From contig NC_134030.1 of the NCBI RefSeq assembly GCF_964204645.1, positions 8,955,222 to 9,019,221 on the forward strand: a DNA stretch of 64,000 nt, in the 5' to 3' direction. Of this stretch, positions 1 through 13,280 are shown piece by piece. This DNA comes from Tubulanus polymorphus. Lineage: Eukaryota; Animalia; Nemertea. Positions within the stretch are counted from its first letter, which is position 1, and each line of letters starts with the position of its first letter. The position numbers and the translations under genes are program-made. Under the pieces are notes generated by a model. It made no database searches, had not been told where the DNA came from, and was given only the letters and a program-made list of their open reading frames with translations.

Positions 1-454
1 TAGTACGATTTTGTGTATTTTCCCGAAAAGTCATTACATGGATGCGCCAAAAAAGTATTTGCAAACAAGGCCGCGAGCATCTAAACAGAATATTCATATT
101 TCTACTTGAACGGGTTATGAATGAATAGTATTATCAGGTGGGGGTATATTTTCTACTATACATAGTAGAAAGTATTCCAAATGACGTTATGACTTTGTCG
201 TTGCCAATTCACCACGCTGTTTGAAGGCCCACGTTCGACATTTTTCGTGGTATTTCACGTTTTTTTTTCCACGCAAACGTTTTCAATGGTGAATATCATT
301 ACGTATATATTTTACTATTCGAATCAATAAGGTTACTCCACGCGACATTAACCCTTTACTCTTCACCAGTTTCAAAGCGACGATTATAGTTTCTAGGATG
401 AAATTCAAATTCACATGTATGTACATGTACGTATATATGTATATTGTACCTATT

Positions 455-650
455 TAAGGTCAGGCGACCTTATATCTCTAATTGTAGTGAGTTTCACCAA
501 AAAATCAGAGTAATGTGAGACAAAAAACAGTATTTTGATAAAGAATTAATTAGAAATGGTTCTGATTTTGAGAGTATTTTGATATTTTTGGTAGTAGTTG
601 AGCGTTTAAAAAGTGTAGAAACTACTCTCAAATAGCAGTCATATGGTCAG
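455..650. repeat. Dispersed repeat with a reverse-orientation copy at ~36235-36390
   Basis: ATATCTCTAAT..GTTTCACCAAAA..AGAGTAAT and TTTGAGAG.ATTTTGATATTTTTG match the reverse complement of 36290-36380. Confidence 0.6.
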
Positions 651-834
651 GTATGTATATTTACTGTTCAAATGGAAAAAAAAATTTCCCAGCAACGGAA
701 GAAATTATACCTATTTCTCAACGTGTAAATGTAATACACGTTCATACATAGTCCTAGTCTACTGACTAAAATCTGGCAATAAGCAGATTCAGATTTAAAC
801 GTTAAAGTATGTTTGTAAATTAATGAAATAATTT

Positions 835-1060
835 GACATTTCAGATTAAACAATGTTGAAAATTTCAATTGAAATAGGGAGCGAAAGTCAGTGTTACTAG
901 TATGGCTTTTAATTAGCAAAATAAGTTACATTTCGAACTTAAAACAATGTTAAAAATTTCAAAATCGGTGAGAAAGTCAGTGTTGCTATTGTACGGCTTT
1001 TAATTAGTAAAATACATTGACATTTCGAACTGAATACAACGTCGAAAATATCAATCGATC
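835..1060. repeat. Degenerate tandem repeat, ~90 bp x ~2.5
   Basis: Recurrent ACATTT..AACAATGTT.AAAATTTCAA..GAAAGTCAGTGTT..GGCTTTTAATTAG. Confidence 0.75.
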
Positions 1061-1526
1061 GAAATAGAACATTTCCTCGAAGAGTCAACAACCGAGAATC
1101 GTAATGACACATCTCTAATCGAATCTGACAAATCGTCTTTGACGTGCGCGTCGTAGCTCCTTGTAGATTTGATTAATTAGCCCAATACGGTTTCTCTCAT
1201 TAAACACCTGGTTGTATCGATGCTCCTGGCGGCGGCGGCCGTGTGGTATACTGAGTGAACCGGTCGTTGTAGCTGATAATTCAATGATTTTCACTATAAC
1301 ATCAACTACCACGACGTATACAGCTGATTAGATTAATCTCTCGTAAAATGCTGACAAAATTCTGACGGTTTATTCGGATTGAGCTTGTTCGATTGAAAAT
1401 GGAAAAAATAGTTTTCAAATCCCACGCACAATCCATCGACTGTTAGAGCCTTGTTTGCGCTACATTATTTACGAACGGTCTGAATTTGGCCTGTTCCAAT
1501 TAAGTACGGACCAAGTAATGGTTTAA

Positions 1527-1783
1527 CCCTTTCAGAGCGTCTTCACCGCAATGCGGTGTATAAATCGGTGATAGATTTTGCTAGTACACCGCACTGCGGT
1601 GTATCGATGTAATTAGTAATTACTTTTATCTCTATTGAAAGATGGCAGCACCTATCATTACTAAGTGAAATATTAGTAACTAACGATACACCGCACCACG
1701 GTGTGGACTCGCTATAGTGGTATTCCCGTTATTCAACACATTCAAATTATCTCCAGGGTATTAATTAGTCAGCAATGAAAGGG
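1527..1783. mobile_element. piggyBac-type MITE, family A
   Basis: TTAA-CCCTTTCA...TGAAAGGG-TTAA: TTAA target duplication and CCC/GGG termini. Related copies at 3287-3569 and ~47378-47504. Confidence 0.8.
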
Positions 1784-3286
1784 TTAAGTGGATTGAGCCC
1801 GTTTGACGTTTGATGGAAATTGAAAAAATAATGTTTTCAAATCACACGCGGAACCCATCCATTGACTTGATGTCTGTACAATCTATTTGCCTTCGCAACA
1901 ATAAACGTGTCTGTTCAAGAGAAATAAACAACTTCAGGAGTCGAATCGAGTTCGATTTTAAGCGTAGCTACGTGAATAACTTTCCGGGATTCAGAACCTG
2001 GCAGAAACCTGTGCAATAACAACCGTTCACTACCCACCTCTAATACCCTGCAACAAGTATTAAAGGCAGGTGTTGCTAATAAGACGATGATTGATCCGGC
2101 AAACCTTTCTAAAGCTAAGAGAGAGTAGGGGTATTATTAAGAGAAGGTACCTCACGTTGCGGTGTACGACAAGCTTTGATTGTCACAGCGAGTGGGACCA
2201 GTTGGCTGTATCGAGCCATCCGTGCGATGATAAAAGCTAGCGACCGTTCCACACCGTATACTGAAAATGGCACCACTATACTCTGATGTGGTCGTCCATT
2301 ATTGTCGTGCGTGGGTCATGAAAGACCAGGATTATGCATATACGGATCAAGGTTAGATTTAAATGCCATTGGCAGTTACAAAGGGCGACCAGATTTCGCT
2401 CTTTTTGCAAATCCACAGAGTTTTCCTTGATATTTTCATGTGACTACACAAAATTACCTGAGCGAATCAGAGAAATATCTAAGATTTGAGTGTTGCAATT
2501 ATTCATTTTTCATTGAATCACGTATTGATAAAGAAACACGTGGTCAATAGCATTATCCCCGAGTTTTCCAGGTTTTTGGTAAAATTTCCCAATTTCCCTG
2601 ATTTTTCTGGTTCCTTGAGCTTTCCAGGTCAGTGGCCGCCCGGTTACGGTACTGATAATAACTAGTCAACTCCGATATGATTGCAAGAATATGGATCAAG
2701 GATTGATCGGGCAGTCATGCATTAAGAGTCAAGGTTGCCTGATGATAATGATGCCTGAAAGACAGACATCTTCAATATACATCAGTCGTAGTTCGATGAA
2801 TACTGGCCGCGACCGGGCGGATGCCAGCGTGTAGTCAAAATTTCAATGATCTGCCATTAAGCAACGCGCGAGAGCGACAACACCGGTGTTTTACTCTCGG
2901 TAATGGCCCGCCGATGGAGATGGTTTTTAAGTCGTAATGAGCTCAGATTAGCCGGTACGGTAGCTTGTCAGTCGGCGGTTGTTTCCGGTGATGGATCTCG
3001 CAAATCCGTCACCCGCCGGTTTCTTCGCGTTCGTCTCCCCTTTAATCTTCTTGCGGTGGTTTAAGCATCCGAGACGCGGAGGATTTGTCGTCGGCGTGTA
3101 TAATCATGGAAGAAAAATCTGACATCAACAGAAGCTTTGTATTTACAGAATCAAGTAGCAAAGAAGTCACTTCACTGAAACGCTAACAATCATAGGTCTA
3201 TAGACGAGATGACGATGATTTGTGATACTGAACCTTCTAAGATGAACCACAAACCTAAAGCCTGGTACACACTAGGCAATATTTAA

Positions 3287-3569
3287 CCCCTACAGTGCTA
3301 AATCATCAACACTCAAAAGTGCTGGAAGCAATTTGAAAATTTAAAAAAATATCACCCCAGTGTGTTGAATAACAGTATATCACTTCAGTACATCTACACC
3401 GTGGTGCGGTGTATTGCTAGTTACACTAATATTACACTGTTTGATAGGTGCTGCCATCCAATAGAGATAAAACTAATAACTAGTAACATTAGTACACTGC
3501 AACGCAGTGTACTAAGGTCCATCACTAATTTATACACCGCGCTACAGTGCAGTAGACACACAGAAAGGG
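3287..3569. mobile_element. piggyBac-type MITE, family A, opposite orientation
   Basis: TTAA-CCC...GGG-TTAA. The internal sequence is the reverse complement of 1527-1783 (e.g. GATAGGTGCTGCCATC). Confidence 0.8.
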
Positions 3570-3814
3570 TTAAGCTAAATTTCGATCTTCTACTTGCTTA
3601 CAGCCTCTTTACTGAAAACAAACGCTTGCACATTCTGCGACTGTGCATTATCATAAGAACAGGTATGAACTATTGTAGTGATTCACCTACCACCCTCTTT
3701 TTTACAGTTAACGTATATAACGATATGAATCATCACTCATGAGTCAAAAAAATTCATTCATTTTCAGTTGTTCAACAAATGCTAGTCAACGACGACAACA
3801 CAGTTTTTACATAC

Positions 3815-3961
3815 CTTCTTGCAGTATTCCAGAATTTCTTGCGGTGAATTTAAACAATCCGTAGACTCGTCTTTCACCCAGCCGAGCACAGTTCGATGCA
3901 TGGCTGGTTTGTTACACATAAATGCTACGCTCGGTTCGGGAATATCATCGTTTGCCATAGC
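3815..3961 (-). CDS. APP: APP-family gene, coding exon 2: N-terminal part of the E1 growth-factor-like domain
   Basis: TTTCAG acceptor and AAG|GTATGT donor enclose 147 nt (phase 0-0) encoding AMANDDIPEPSVAFMCNKPAMHRTVLGWVKDESTDCLNSPQEILEYCKK. This aligns by eye to human APP EPQIAMFCGRLNMH...GKWDSD...TC...EGILQYCQE, and the intron falls just before the VYP position as in vertebrates. Confidence 0.92.
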
Positions 3962-4870
3962 CTGAAATACACAATGCACCGCATATTATTGTTAACAAAC
4001 AAATTCTCGATGAAATGTGCCCAGCCTTCTCTTTCTATACCAACCAAATGTCAAATTCTATTTATTTGGTGATGAAGGCCAAACATTTTTAATGAACAAG
4101 GAAATTTTTTTTGACAATACGGCTAAGTTAGTTAAAAACAATTTATACGCTATTTAAGAGTCAATATTCAAATTTGTATCACCCTTACTGTATTCCTAGA
4201 TTTTATGAAATTACTATATTTTGCCTGAATTCGTATTTATAAGCTATTGCTTATAATGTATCTAAGTAAACCATTTATATCTAACGTATTTGTTATCTAA
4301 CAATAAAGGCGAAAATCTGTCTAATTCCCTTTTTTTGATTTTGCTGATTCCTTGCATTTTCCAGGCCAGTAGCCATTCTGTATAGGGTAACCTAACCCCT
4401 CTCTGTCGGTGACAAATGTCGAACCGACATATTTTTACACACTGGTCGCCGCGCCGAATCGCGCCGCGATCGTTCGGCATTGTTGGAGATTGAACCCCCG
4501 GTTGAATATCGATACGCATACACTCCACGATCGATACTCAATTACTGATCGTCGATCGTACGGTCGTTCCGACGAGCTTATAATGAACGCATTTATATTC
4601 GATGCATTTCTCGTGTACCGTACATCCACATTGTGCGTACTGTTATACACAGCACTAATATAATATAGAAGTCGACGACGAGAGTTGGGCCGGATCTGGC
4701 ATAAATTTCCGCTTGAAATCGCTATCGGTAACTTTGCGTTTCTAAAACGCATTAAAAAGCATCTAATCTCGACAATTTCGAATTCATTCATAAGATTATA
4801 CAAGTTTCTAAACATGGCTAGAAACGACTTTCCAATGATAGCTGTTACTACTGCAAGTATTACTAGGTGT

Positions 4871-5149
4871 TAGAACGATAACCACACTCAAACGTGGTGA
4901 ACGGATAATAAGATAAAAACCCACTATTTACAGATTAAAAGAATTTAAACACAAGAATTTATTCATTCAATCTAAAATATATATAAGACATGACATTTTG
5001 ATCTCACCCTTTCGATCTCACCCTCTCACACCTGACGATGATCTCTAGGGTGAGATCGAAACGTCGTGTCTTATATATATTTTAGATTGAATAAATAAAT
5101 TCTTGTTTTTAAATTCTTTTAATCTGTAAATAGTGGGTTTTTATCTTAT
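4871..5149. mobile_element. Penelope-like retroelement remnant with inverted arms and a minimal hammerhead motif
   Basis: Inverted arms of about 105 bp (4905-5010 / 5047-5152), flanked by a 13-bp direct repeat TATTACTAGGTGT (4858-4870, 5150-5162). Contains CTGACGA...GAAACGTC. Confidence 0.65.
5028..5069 (+). ncRNA. Minimal type I hammerhead ribozyme motif
   Basis: ACAC-CUGACGA-U-GAUCUC(UAGGGU)GAGAUC-GAAA-C-GUC-GUGU: intact core, 6-bp stem II, 4-bp stem I, palindromic ACGU in place of stem III. Confidence 0.6.
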
Positions 5150-5374
5150 TATTACTAGGTGTACTCGGTGTTGCTGTATTCAGATGATGTATTCACATTT
5201 GCTAATGAATAGATTGAAAAATAAACAAAGCGCCGTAGAAGTATGAAAAACAAGAAAATTCTTTCCCTTTGAAAATAGTGCGGGTAGGCTAGGCGACCGT
5301 GATTCACTAACCATCCACAGTCTGATTGACAAAAAATAATCAAGTCTACGCTAACAACACAGCAAGATTTCTGC

Positions 5375-5636
5375 AAAATTAAATAATCTGTCCCTATAAT
5401 GTCATTATAATGTGACTACTGATGCTGACAGTTTTCAAATTGGGGTTGTACCCATAAACTATATTTAGGGACGATTCTGTCATTGATATGAGATGATGAT
5501 CAGTAAAATTGAATAATCTGTCCCTATAATATCATTATAATGTGACTACTGATGCTGACAGTTTTCAAATTGGGGTTGTACCCATAAACTATATTTAGGG
5601 ACGATTCTGTCATTGATATGAGATGATGATCGGTAA
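5375..5636. repeat. Tandem duplication, 130 bp x2, near-identical
   Basis: AATAATCTGTCCCTATAAT...GAGATGATGATC repeats at a 130-bp offset. Confidence 0.95.
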
Positions 5637-7647
5637 CTGTATCGGAAATCTCGATTTTTTCTTTATTCAAAATTCAGACGTCATCAGCGATTCGCGTCGC
5701 ACCTGGCGGCAATCAGCTGACGACCGACGTCAATAACCGAGTTTACTAGTTCAATCAATGCGTAACCCTCGGAGGAGGAGGATACGCTACCATCATTTAC
5801 CCTCTGTCCCGCCGATGATGAGCGATATCATCAGGCAGCAGCTACTCCGGCGGCCGCTAAACCTTATGCTTCCGATTTTTGCAACAAGAGGTTCCCATGG
5901 CAACGTATTACCATCACCACACGTGTGCCCCCTCAGTTGCTTGGAGCGCGACGTTTATGCGTTTCTCTTCGTTCGCCCGACGACTACGACAGCGGCTCGG
6001 GAGGATGACGGCTCTCGGGGTGAATAATTTCATGATATTAAAACATCCATAATCACCAGAACATATCCGCGGGGAGGTGCGAAACAAGATTCAACGTCTC
6101 CGCATAACTAATGAAGCTTGCCGCAGTCAATGTACATGATATATATACAACATACTGGATATAAGGTTTTTAAGGAGGATCCTCAAATTTCGAGCAAGTG
6201 TCTGCATCGCTTTCATATTCCAATTACTTTAGTCTCCTACTACGTCAATTGGTACTGTTTATCTCGGGAAAACCGATAATTCAGTGGTCGTCTTAGTAAA
6301 TTTATATCATTTACACTATTAAACGCACGATTCGAATTCGGTAATCGCCCAATTGGGTGGTGAAAAATTCTTGGTCCCAGCGGTACCAATTTAGGCGTAG
6401 TCTACTGTACAACCTAAAATATTTCTCTTGTTGCCTATTTCTCAAAATCGAAGGAGTTTTGGGCATCTTACTCAAATCTAAGGCGTTTCAAGCACCTTTG
6501 AAAAGCAATTTCTGTCTAAAAGGAGTTTTTATGGAATCGTAGGGACCCTGACAACATAGTATATATTTTCATGATATTCTTTTTATTACGTTTTTTTACG
6601 AGATTAAAAAAGAAAAGGAAAACATCTAAAGAAATTCGAACAAAAGGGAATTACTACTATCAATACAACCCGGATGAAATAGGTTACGTGGTTAATACGT
6701 AGTTTGCATTCACTCCTTTCAGGTATTTCTTTGTAGTCGTAATTTCCATTTGCATTGAAAAGACCGGCTAGTGTAAATAACGACGACACTCTCGGCGTGG
6801 GGCCGCCAACAGGTCGCTTAGTCTCAGTACACACAATTACGGTCCTAATTGCGGTACCACATATCCAGCGCTTAAAGACAGCCGCGGAGGCCTCGCTTTT
6901 CTGAAATGTCTCGTCAACAAGCGTCGATGAGTGGTGTCTGTCGAGAATGTCAAAACCCTCGTCTAGAACGAGTTAAGGTTATAACTCGACACGGAAATAA
7001 TCATTCCACGTTTCAGACCTTCCCTAACTCCATAATCATAGGCCACACTCTCGCCTTATTTTGAAAGAACACTTCGACGTAACGTCTCGGCGTTTTTGAC
7101 GAAGAAACTTTTTTCAAAATGAAAACCATACTATTATAAACCATCTAATCGGCGAGGAGCTCCCGAGACCAATTTGAATACACTCTCGGCCTATTCATAT
7201 ATTTATGGACTTCGAAGTCTGGAAACGTACTGAAGTAACGAGCTAGCACGAAGAAGCACACCTTCAAGAGCTACAATTCACCTGAAATTGCGGCGTCGTC
7301 GATGGTTTTTAATAGTAGACAACGCGACGGAAGAACCGTCACACACCAACGGGAAATTCAGACGGCGGCGAGAGAGAGGAGAGAGAGAGGAGAGCTTCGT
7401 ATGACGTGCCAAAAAATACACTTCAACACACCTGAACACACACGTGTGAAGTCATCACCTGTGAACAACAAGCAACACATGAGATAAAAACTCAGTGATT
7501 GAAGTGATAAGAGTCTCACTTGTATTGCAGTTTCACAGGTGTCAGCTGAATCCGAACGAACATATACACAAATTATTTATTCTATTAATATCTGGAATTA
7601 TATTTATTTTTATTAATATCTGGAAAATAATCAAAGAGGCTTATGAT

Positions 7648-7649
<2 letters not shown>

Positions 7650-7732
<83 letters not shown>
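7650..7732. repeat. (AT)n microsatellite
   Basis: About 41 perfect units. Other (TA)n tracts at ~23095-23130, ~31085-31110 and ~32711-32782. Confidence 0.98.
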
Positions 7733-7735
<3 letters not shown>

Positions 7736-8398
7736 CTGGGTACATTGCTGATTAGGTCAGGAACCATAGTCATAAATGGAAATACATCGGCTTATCAGGT
7801 TTTTAATCCTCAAAATGTTTCCAAAATTAGGAGTCTAGAGTAATATTTCAAATTCACAGATTTTCAAGTGAGTCAACCGAGTAATATGAACCCTAAATGT
7901 CAAAGACATGACGTTTCTGACTTTTACGAGAGTCTATCGTCAGCTGCGGGTCCTAGTATATCATTGTGGCTAGTTTAATTAACCAAATTTTCACTTTAGC
8001 GCGTAGTACAGGGGGTACCATATTGCTAAAACATAGCTAAAATCTGTTATCATCCCGACTAGAATCAGGGATGAACGAAAAACCATTCTTTTTAAATGTA
8101 TATGTACAATATCATTTTTCACGCATACCAATGCTTCTAGACATAGTAAAAACAATGTTTATTAGACAAGAGCGCAGTTCTACTCCCCATATCTAATGAA
8201 GGCAATTTGAAAACATGAACACTGAAGAACCCTACACATCGCGACTAGTTCATTCTATATGCTTTAACAGATAATTACAATTTCTGCCAGCTGATACATC
8301 GACTGATCAAACTGGGACTTTGCCAAAATCATATTACATCGTAGCCAATGGTTCATTCAATATAATCACCCTTTAGTCAACTAAGTACTTCAAAGCAA

Positions 8399-8703
8399 AT
8401 ACAGGGAAGCCTCATCCGCCCCGGCAGGGATTCCAACCAGATGGGATCCCAAGACTCAGCCACGGTACAAAACCCTCCGCACTAAACTGGGTGCGCAGAT
8501 AGATGCGCAGGTTTGCCGCGGGTATACTAGCGGTACAAATCAGATTGCCCGTTGTATAATCGCAAAGGCAAACTTCGCGGATAAACCATAATTGGAAAAA
8601 CCTGGGTTAAAATAAAATGGGATTTCTGATTGGCTAATAATGACATCATCTGAGCTGCGCATTTGGACAAGTGTGGCAGGGTTTTGTACAGTAGCGAGTC
8701 TCG
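8399..8703. repeat. Dispersed foldback-like repeat, related copy at ~38445-38680
   Basis: Shared GGCAGGGATTC.AACC and AGTGTGGCAGGGTTT motifs, plus inverted TGCGCA-containing segments. Confidence 0.55.
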
Positions 8704-11700
8704 ATGCTGCCGGGGGAGGATGAGTAGTTTGTTCCACAGCGCCGAGACATGGCTACGACGACGATCAATTTCATTGGCATTCTGTGGATTATTTTCAGAA
8801 TCTAGAATCTAGCTAATTATTAATCGTTCGTACGTTATCGCCGCGACGATCGATGACCAATCAGAATCAGCCGCGGCGTGGATCGATGACCGACGAGATC
8901 GAAACCCGTCTGCTGAGTCAGATTCATATCGGGCGAATCTTCTTCATCGGAACGATTCTTAAATCCGGTTACGACTGACCCCGTCGTCGTCGATCTAACG
9001 CATCGCTGAGTCAAATTCGGTGGAAAAACCGATAACGAGGAGGGGAAGTCATCTATGAGTTGGAGAAGGGAAAGTGATCAATACCAGATTCGCTCAGTTC
9101 ATCCACGGACTCTAAAAGGTTCATCAGATATTACGATCACGCATTAGTTTATTAGCGTCGTCTTAAGTCAGTGGAATTTTCTTGACCAAAAATTATAATC
9201 AACCGGGCAAAAATATCATCGACTCTTCTTATAAGGGATCATTCATTTAATTTATAATATACGCATAAAATTTGAATTTTTCAAGCCCCATCGGCCATTA
9301 TGTCATACACATTAAGCATTACAGTGCAATTGCATTGAACCCTCCTCCTCTCCTAATGCGTACGTAATAAATGAATGCCCCCTACGAATACGTGATCTAT
9401 CATAATCTTTTGCAATAAAGTCGCAGTTCGCTTGAACTATTCATTTATTTTTGCAGGTTCATTGGAAAATTTGTCACGAGTTATGGTTTTAGTTAACATT
9501 TTCATCAATACAGGACAAGTGAAATATAAGGAGTTGGGAAGTCGTTAATAAGAAGGGAAAGTGATCACTACCGGACAGGCGAGATTCTCTCGGTTCATCA
9601 GATATAACAAACATCCATTAGTTTATTAGTGTCTCTCCTCGGTAAATGTAATTTCATCTGCTTTATAAGAATAAGTGATTTATTATCTGTTACGATAAAG
9701 TCGCAGTTTAGTAGAAATATTAATCTTCTTTTCAGATTGATTCAAAATTTAATCACGAATTACGGTTTTTCATTACTGATATAGAGTTATCAGTTTTATC
9801 AATACGGGGGCAACTGAAATATCAACATTATCTAAATCAAAGTCCATTGTGGGTAAATGCTAGGAATTGATTTTAATGTTATTACAAACCCAGCTATAAT
9901 CCCATATATGTATACACAGTATTTATATATTGATAGAATCAGCGTAATGAATCGTGAATTCCTATCATAAACCTAATATTGACAAACAGATGGCATATCT
10001 GAGTACCATCAGCTCGATGATAGCATAGTCAAATACTGGTCTGTTGCCATTTAAAACGCGAAAGCATCCAACAGAACGTCTTCCAGCTCCAGAAAGAGGG
10101 ATTAAGCTCATCTATCCAGATAATTTATGACGCGCGCCTCGTCAAATTTGTGGGAATCATTCCGGCTCTGGGTTTCATCCGCGGGATAAGCTATACAGAG
10201 ATTTATCAAGTTTCCGGAACAGCCGGCGTGGCAGGGAAGACGTTTCATTTATCAGGGACGCGAACGGCTGAAATAAGCTATTTACATCGGAGATCTAAGA
10301 ACCGTATTTGGATGATCATGAATTTTACTTATCAATGTATAACGGGGAATTTTCGGGTATAGTCAGATATGGATTTGTCAACAAAACTACGCGAGCTATT
10401 ATAGAAATGCAGATACGGTTTTAAGAGAGTTTGATCGTTGACTTTCAAGAATCAGCCTACACTATCAGGCTATAAACTGAAGTGATTAGCCAGTCTTCGC
10501 TATCATTACCTCTAACTAGATAAAAACAAAAACGTATAGATTATTCACATCCTATACTGTTTAATGAAAATTTGTCCATTCAAATTGCTATCGATGAACA
10601 TCATGTACCTTAGCGAATTATATAATTCAGCAAAATTAAGTCAAAGCATTACATAAAAAAAAAAAAACTCTATTCACACTTCACCCCAAGTCGTTTTGCC
10701 CATGGCTGTACTACATCAACTCCACCACAACTATTTATGGAATTTATTGACCATAGAATTGAATTTCATTCTCCTAAGCAGGGAAAACAAAGAGACCGGA
10801 AATCATAACATCGCAGTCTGATGGCAGTGAGCAAACATCAAGTGCCTGCTCTTTGTGCATGTCTGCTAGGAGCAGCTATATATACTGTCATCATTATTGA
10901 GCTGGGAACCTGGGAGCTCTCTCCCACTATCAGCTAATCACGAATCCATTTCATTAATGAAAAACATTCACAGCCCATATAAACTCGTTAAGAGAAGAAA
11001 GGGTTCGTCCGCGCGGAGGGGGACGCATTATATCAGTCAAACGGTAAAACGATCATATAAAACACAAAACGATGCGCGCCACACCTAGAAACAGATGAAG
11101 CGTGCTCGCGCGCTGCGTCATTGATCTTACGGGACTGGTTAACGGTTTGTTGTATATCTACGCCGATACAACGATAAATAATCGATCATATCGAATGACC
11201 TGCCAACATAACCTCCCTCATCGGTAGACAACGTCACCTTCCTATCAATACCCGAAATTGGAAAATCATCTCTCTGTGATAATAATCGAGAGGCTGATGA
11301 TGAAACTATCTCATCATGCAGCTGAATACTTCCTACACCATTAACATTTGACATTAAGTGATGCACGAGACGGAAGTCTGTCCAATTCAAGTCTCACTTC
11401 GAAACAGTACTTTTCCGCGCATACTATGACGCTCCAGAGGAGCAGCGCTTTCGAACTTAGTCTCGGCGTGGAATTACAGGGCTTTAAAAATGATATCACT
11501 ATTATCCTCATTATCATTATTACTAATAAATACCTGTCGGACAAATTTTCAAATTTCAATTCCACGACCACAATATCATCATATACATACCCGACTCGCG
11601 ATAGAATCGGAGATAACGAACAAAAGTAGATAAAACATAACCAATAAATCGTTGTAATCCATGATGATAATTCGAGGTTCTATAAGTAGGTGTAGACTAC

Positions 11701-12182
11701 GAGTCGAGAGTCGAAATCTAGTACTAAATCCTTTCGAATGAATCGGTTCGGTTTATATCCTCGCGAGTTGCTCTCCTACACACAATAATCCCCTATCGTA
11801 GACAATGTACACTTTGGAGCCAGTGTGGCGACGAGAATTAGCGGTTCCGTGAGTTAAACATCAATACAGATATATGGGGAAACCCTGTCCTCGGGGACGC
11901 CGCCGAGCTTTACCATCGTACAAAGAAACCAACAGCCAATCAGCTGGTTGTCACATCCATCCGTTTTGAAACGCGATATAAGTCCCCGTAGGGCAGACAT
12001 CACCGAACTAAAAACAACGACCTCGTTATACTAATTATGTATACGACCTAGTTACATAATCATTAGTTCGTCAATTGAGGCTCAATTTGTCGTATGACGT
12101 TTCACCCGCATTAACCTATCTTAAATGAAAACCTATAAATATAAATCTTTTGCCGAGGTAAATACCTTGTATATGCTGTTTG

Positions 12183-13280
12183 AGTCGATGTGCACTACAT
12201 CATCAATATTGGTGTCTATTTTGTAATTGAATATATTTCATAACTTGTATTTTATTGTTGATAAATTTGGATAATTATGAGAGGATGTGCACTATGACAG
12301 GCTGTCAGGCTGGACTGGTTGCCAGTGAATTCAATTCAATACAATTATCAATACATTCAAATCCAAAATGATATATCATTCATTGTGGACAATATTAAGC
12401 AATAAATGAGTTATTTTTCAAGGCATCAATAAACTTTTTCAGTTCGTTTTCTTGTTCAGGTTTTTTATAACTTTACAAGCTTTCATACGGTATCATCGAA
12501 ATAAAGCACAATGACGAGTTACTTCCGATAGGTTCAACAAAACCTCCCACTCGCAATTCTTTTTACGAGTAGCGGATCTTTTTAAAAAAAAATCTGAGGT
12601 CTTCGAGTCAAGTGTCCGTATCTGGGAAACGTTTTAGATGACGAGAAATACGATACGGGGGATAATGAATTTCTATCCGCCTTCCGAGGATAAAAAGATG
12701 ACACGATGGGAGCGCGTAAATGTCTCGTTTTTAAGGCGTCAATTTTTTTGACTACGATACGTACAAAATGTATAGATCAGTTGTAGGGAAATGAATAGCT
12801 ACTTTTTGTGTCGATAACCACAATGATTTCAGTAACCATCTCGAGTTAATCATTTTTATCGATGACATGAAAACCGTTACGATAATGTTTATATACATTG
12901 ATACCTAGTATGCGTTATTTAAGGGGTTCTGCGTGAGTTGATGTGCACTACATCATCAGTATCGGCGTTTCAAAATAACAAATACAATCGTAAATTTTGT
13001 CGTTAATTTTGTAATCAAGCATACTTCATAACTCCTATTTTATTTTCGATCATTATTTTTGACAGGATGTAGGCCTATGTCATCAGTATATCAGGGCTAG
13101 ACTGGTTGCTGGTCAATTCAATTCATTTAAATTACCGATACATTCAAATCCAAAATAACTTTATTGGTCTTTAATATTATATAATGTATAATAAAATTAT
13201 TCATTATCGACAACATTATGCGATATATTTGTTTCCATTCTCAAGGCGTCAATAAACTTTCAAGTAGGTTTTCTTGTTTA
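12183..13280. repeat. Diverged local duplication (12183-12460 vs 12936-13280)
   Basis: Shared collinear blocks GATGTGCACTACATCATCA, GACTGGTTGC, ATACATTCAAATCCAAAAT and TCAAGGC.TCAATAAACTTT. Confidence 0.8.

Noticed and set aside
2147-2260. Exon-like minus-strand segment (TTTTCAG...GAG|GTACC) as APP exon 3
   Set aside because: The required phase-0 frame has an early stop and no VYP...NVVE-like sequence.
7495-7843. YIYIYI ORFs
   Set aside because: Translations of the (AT)n microsatellite.
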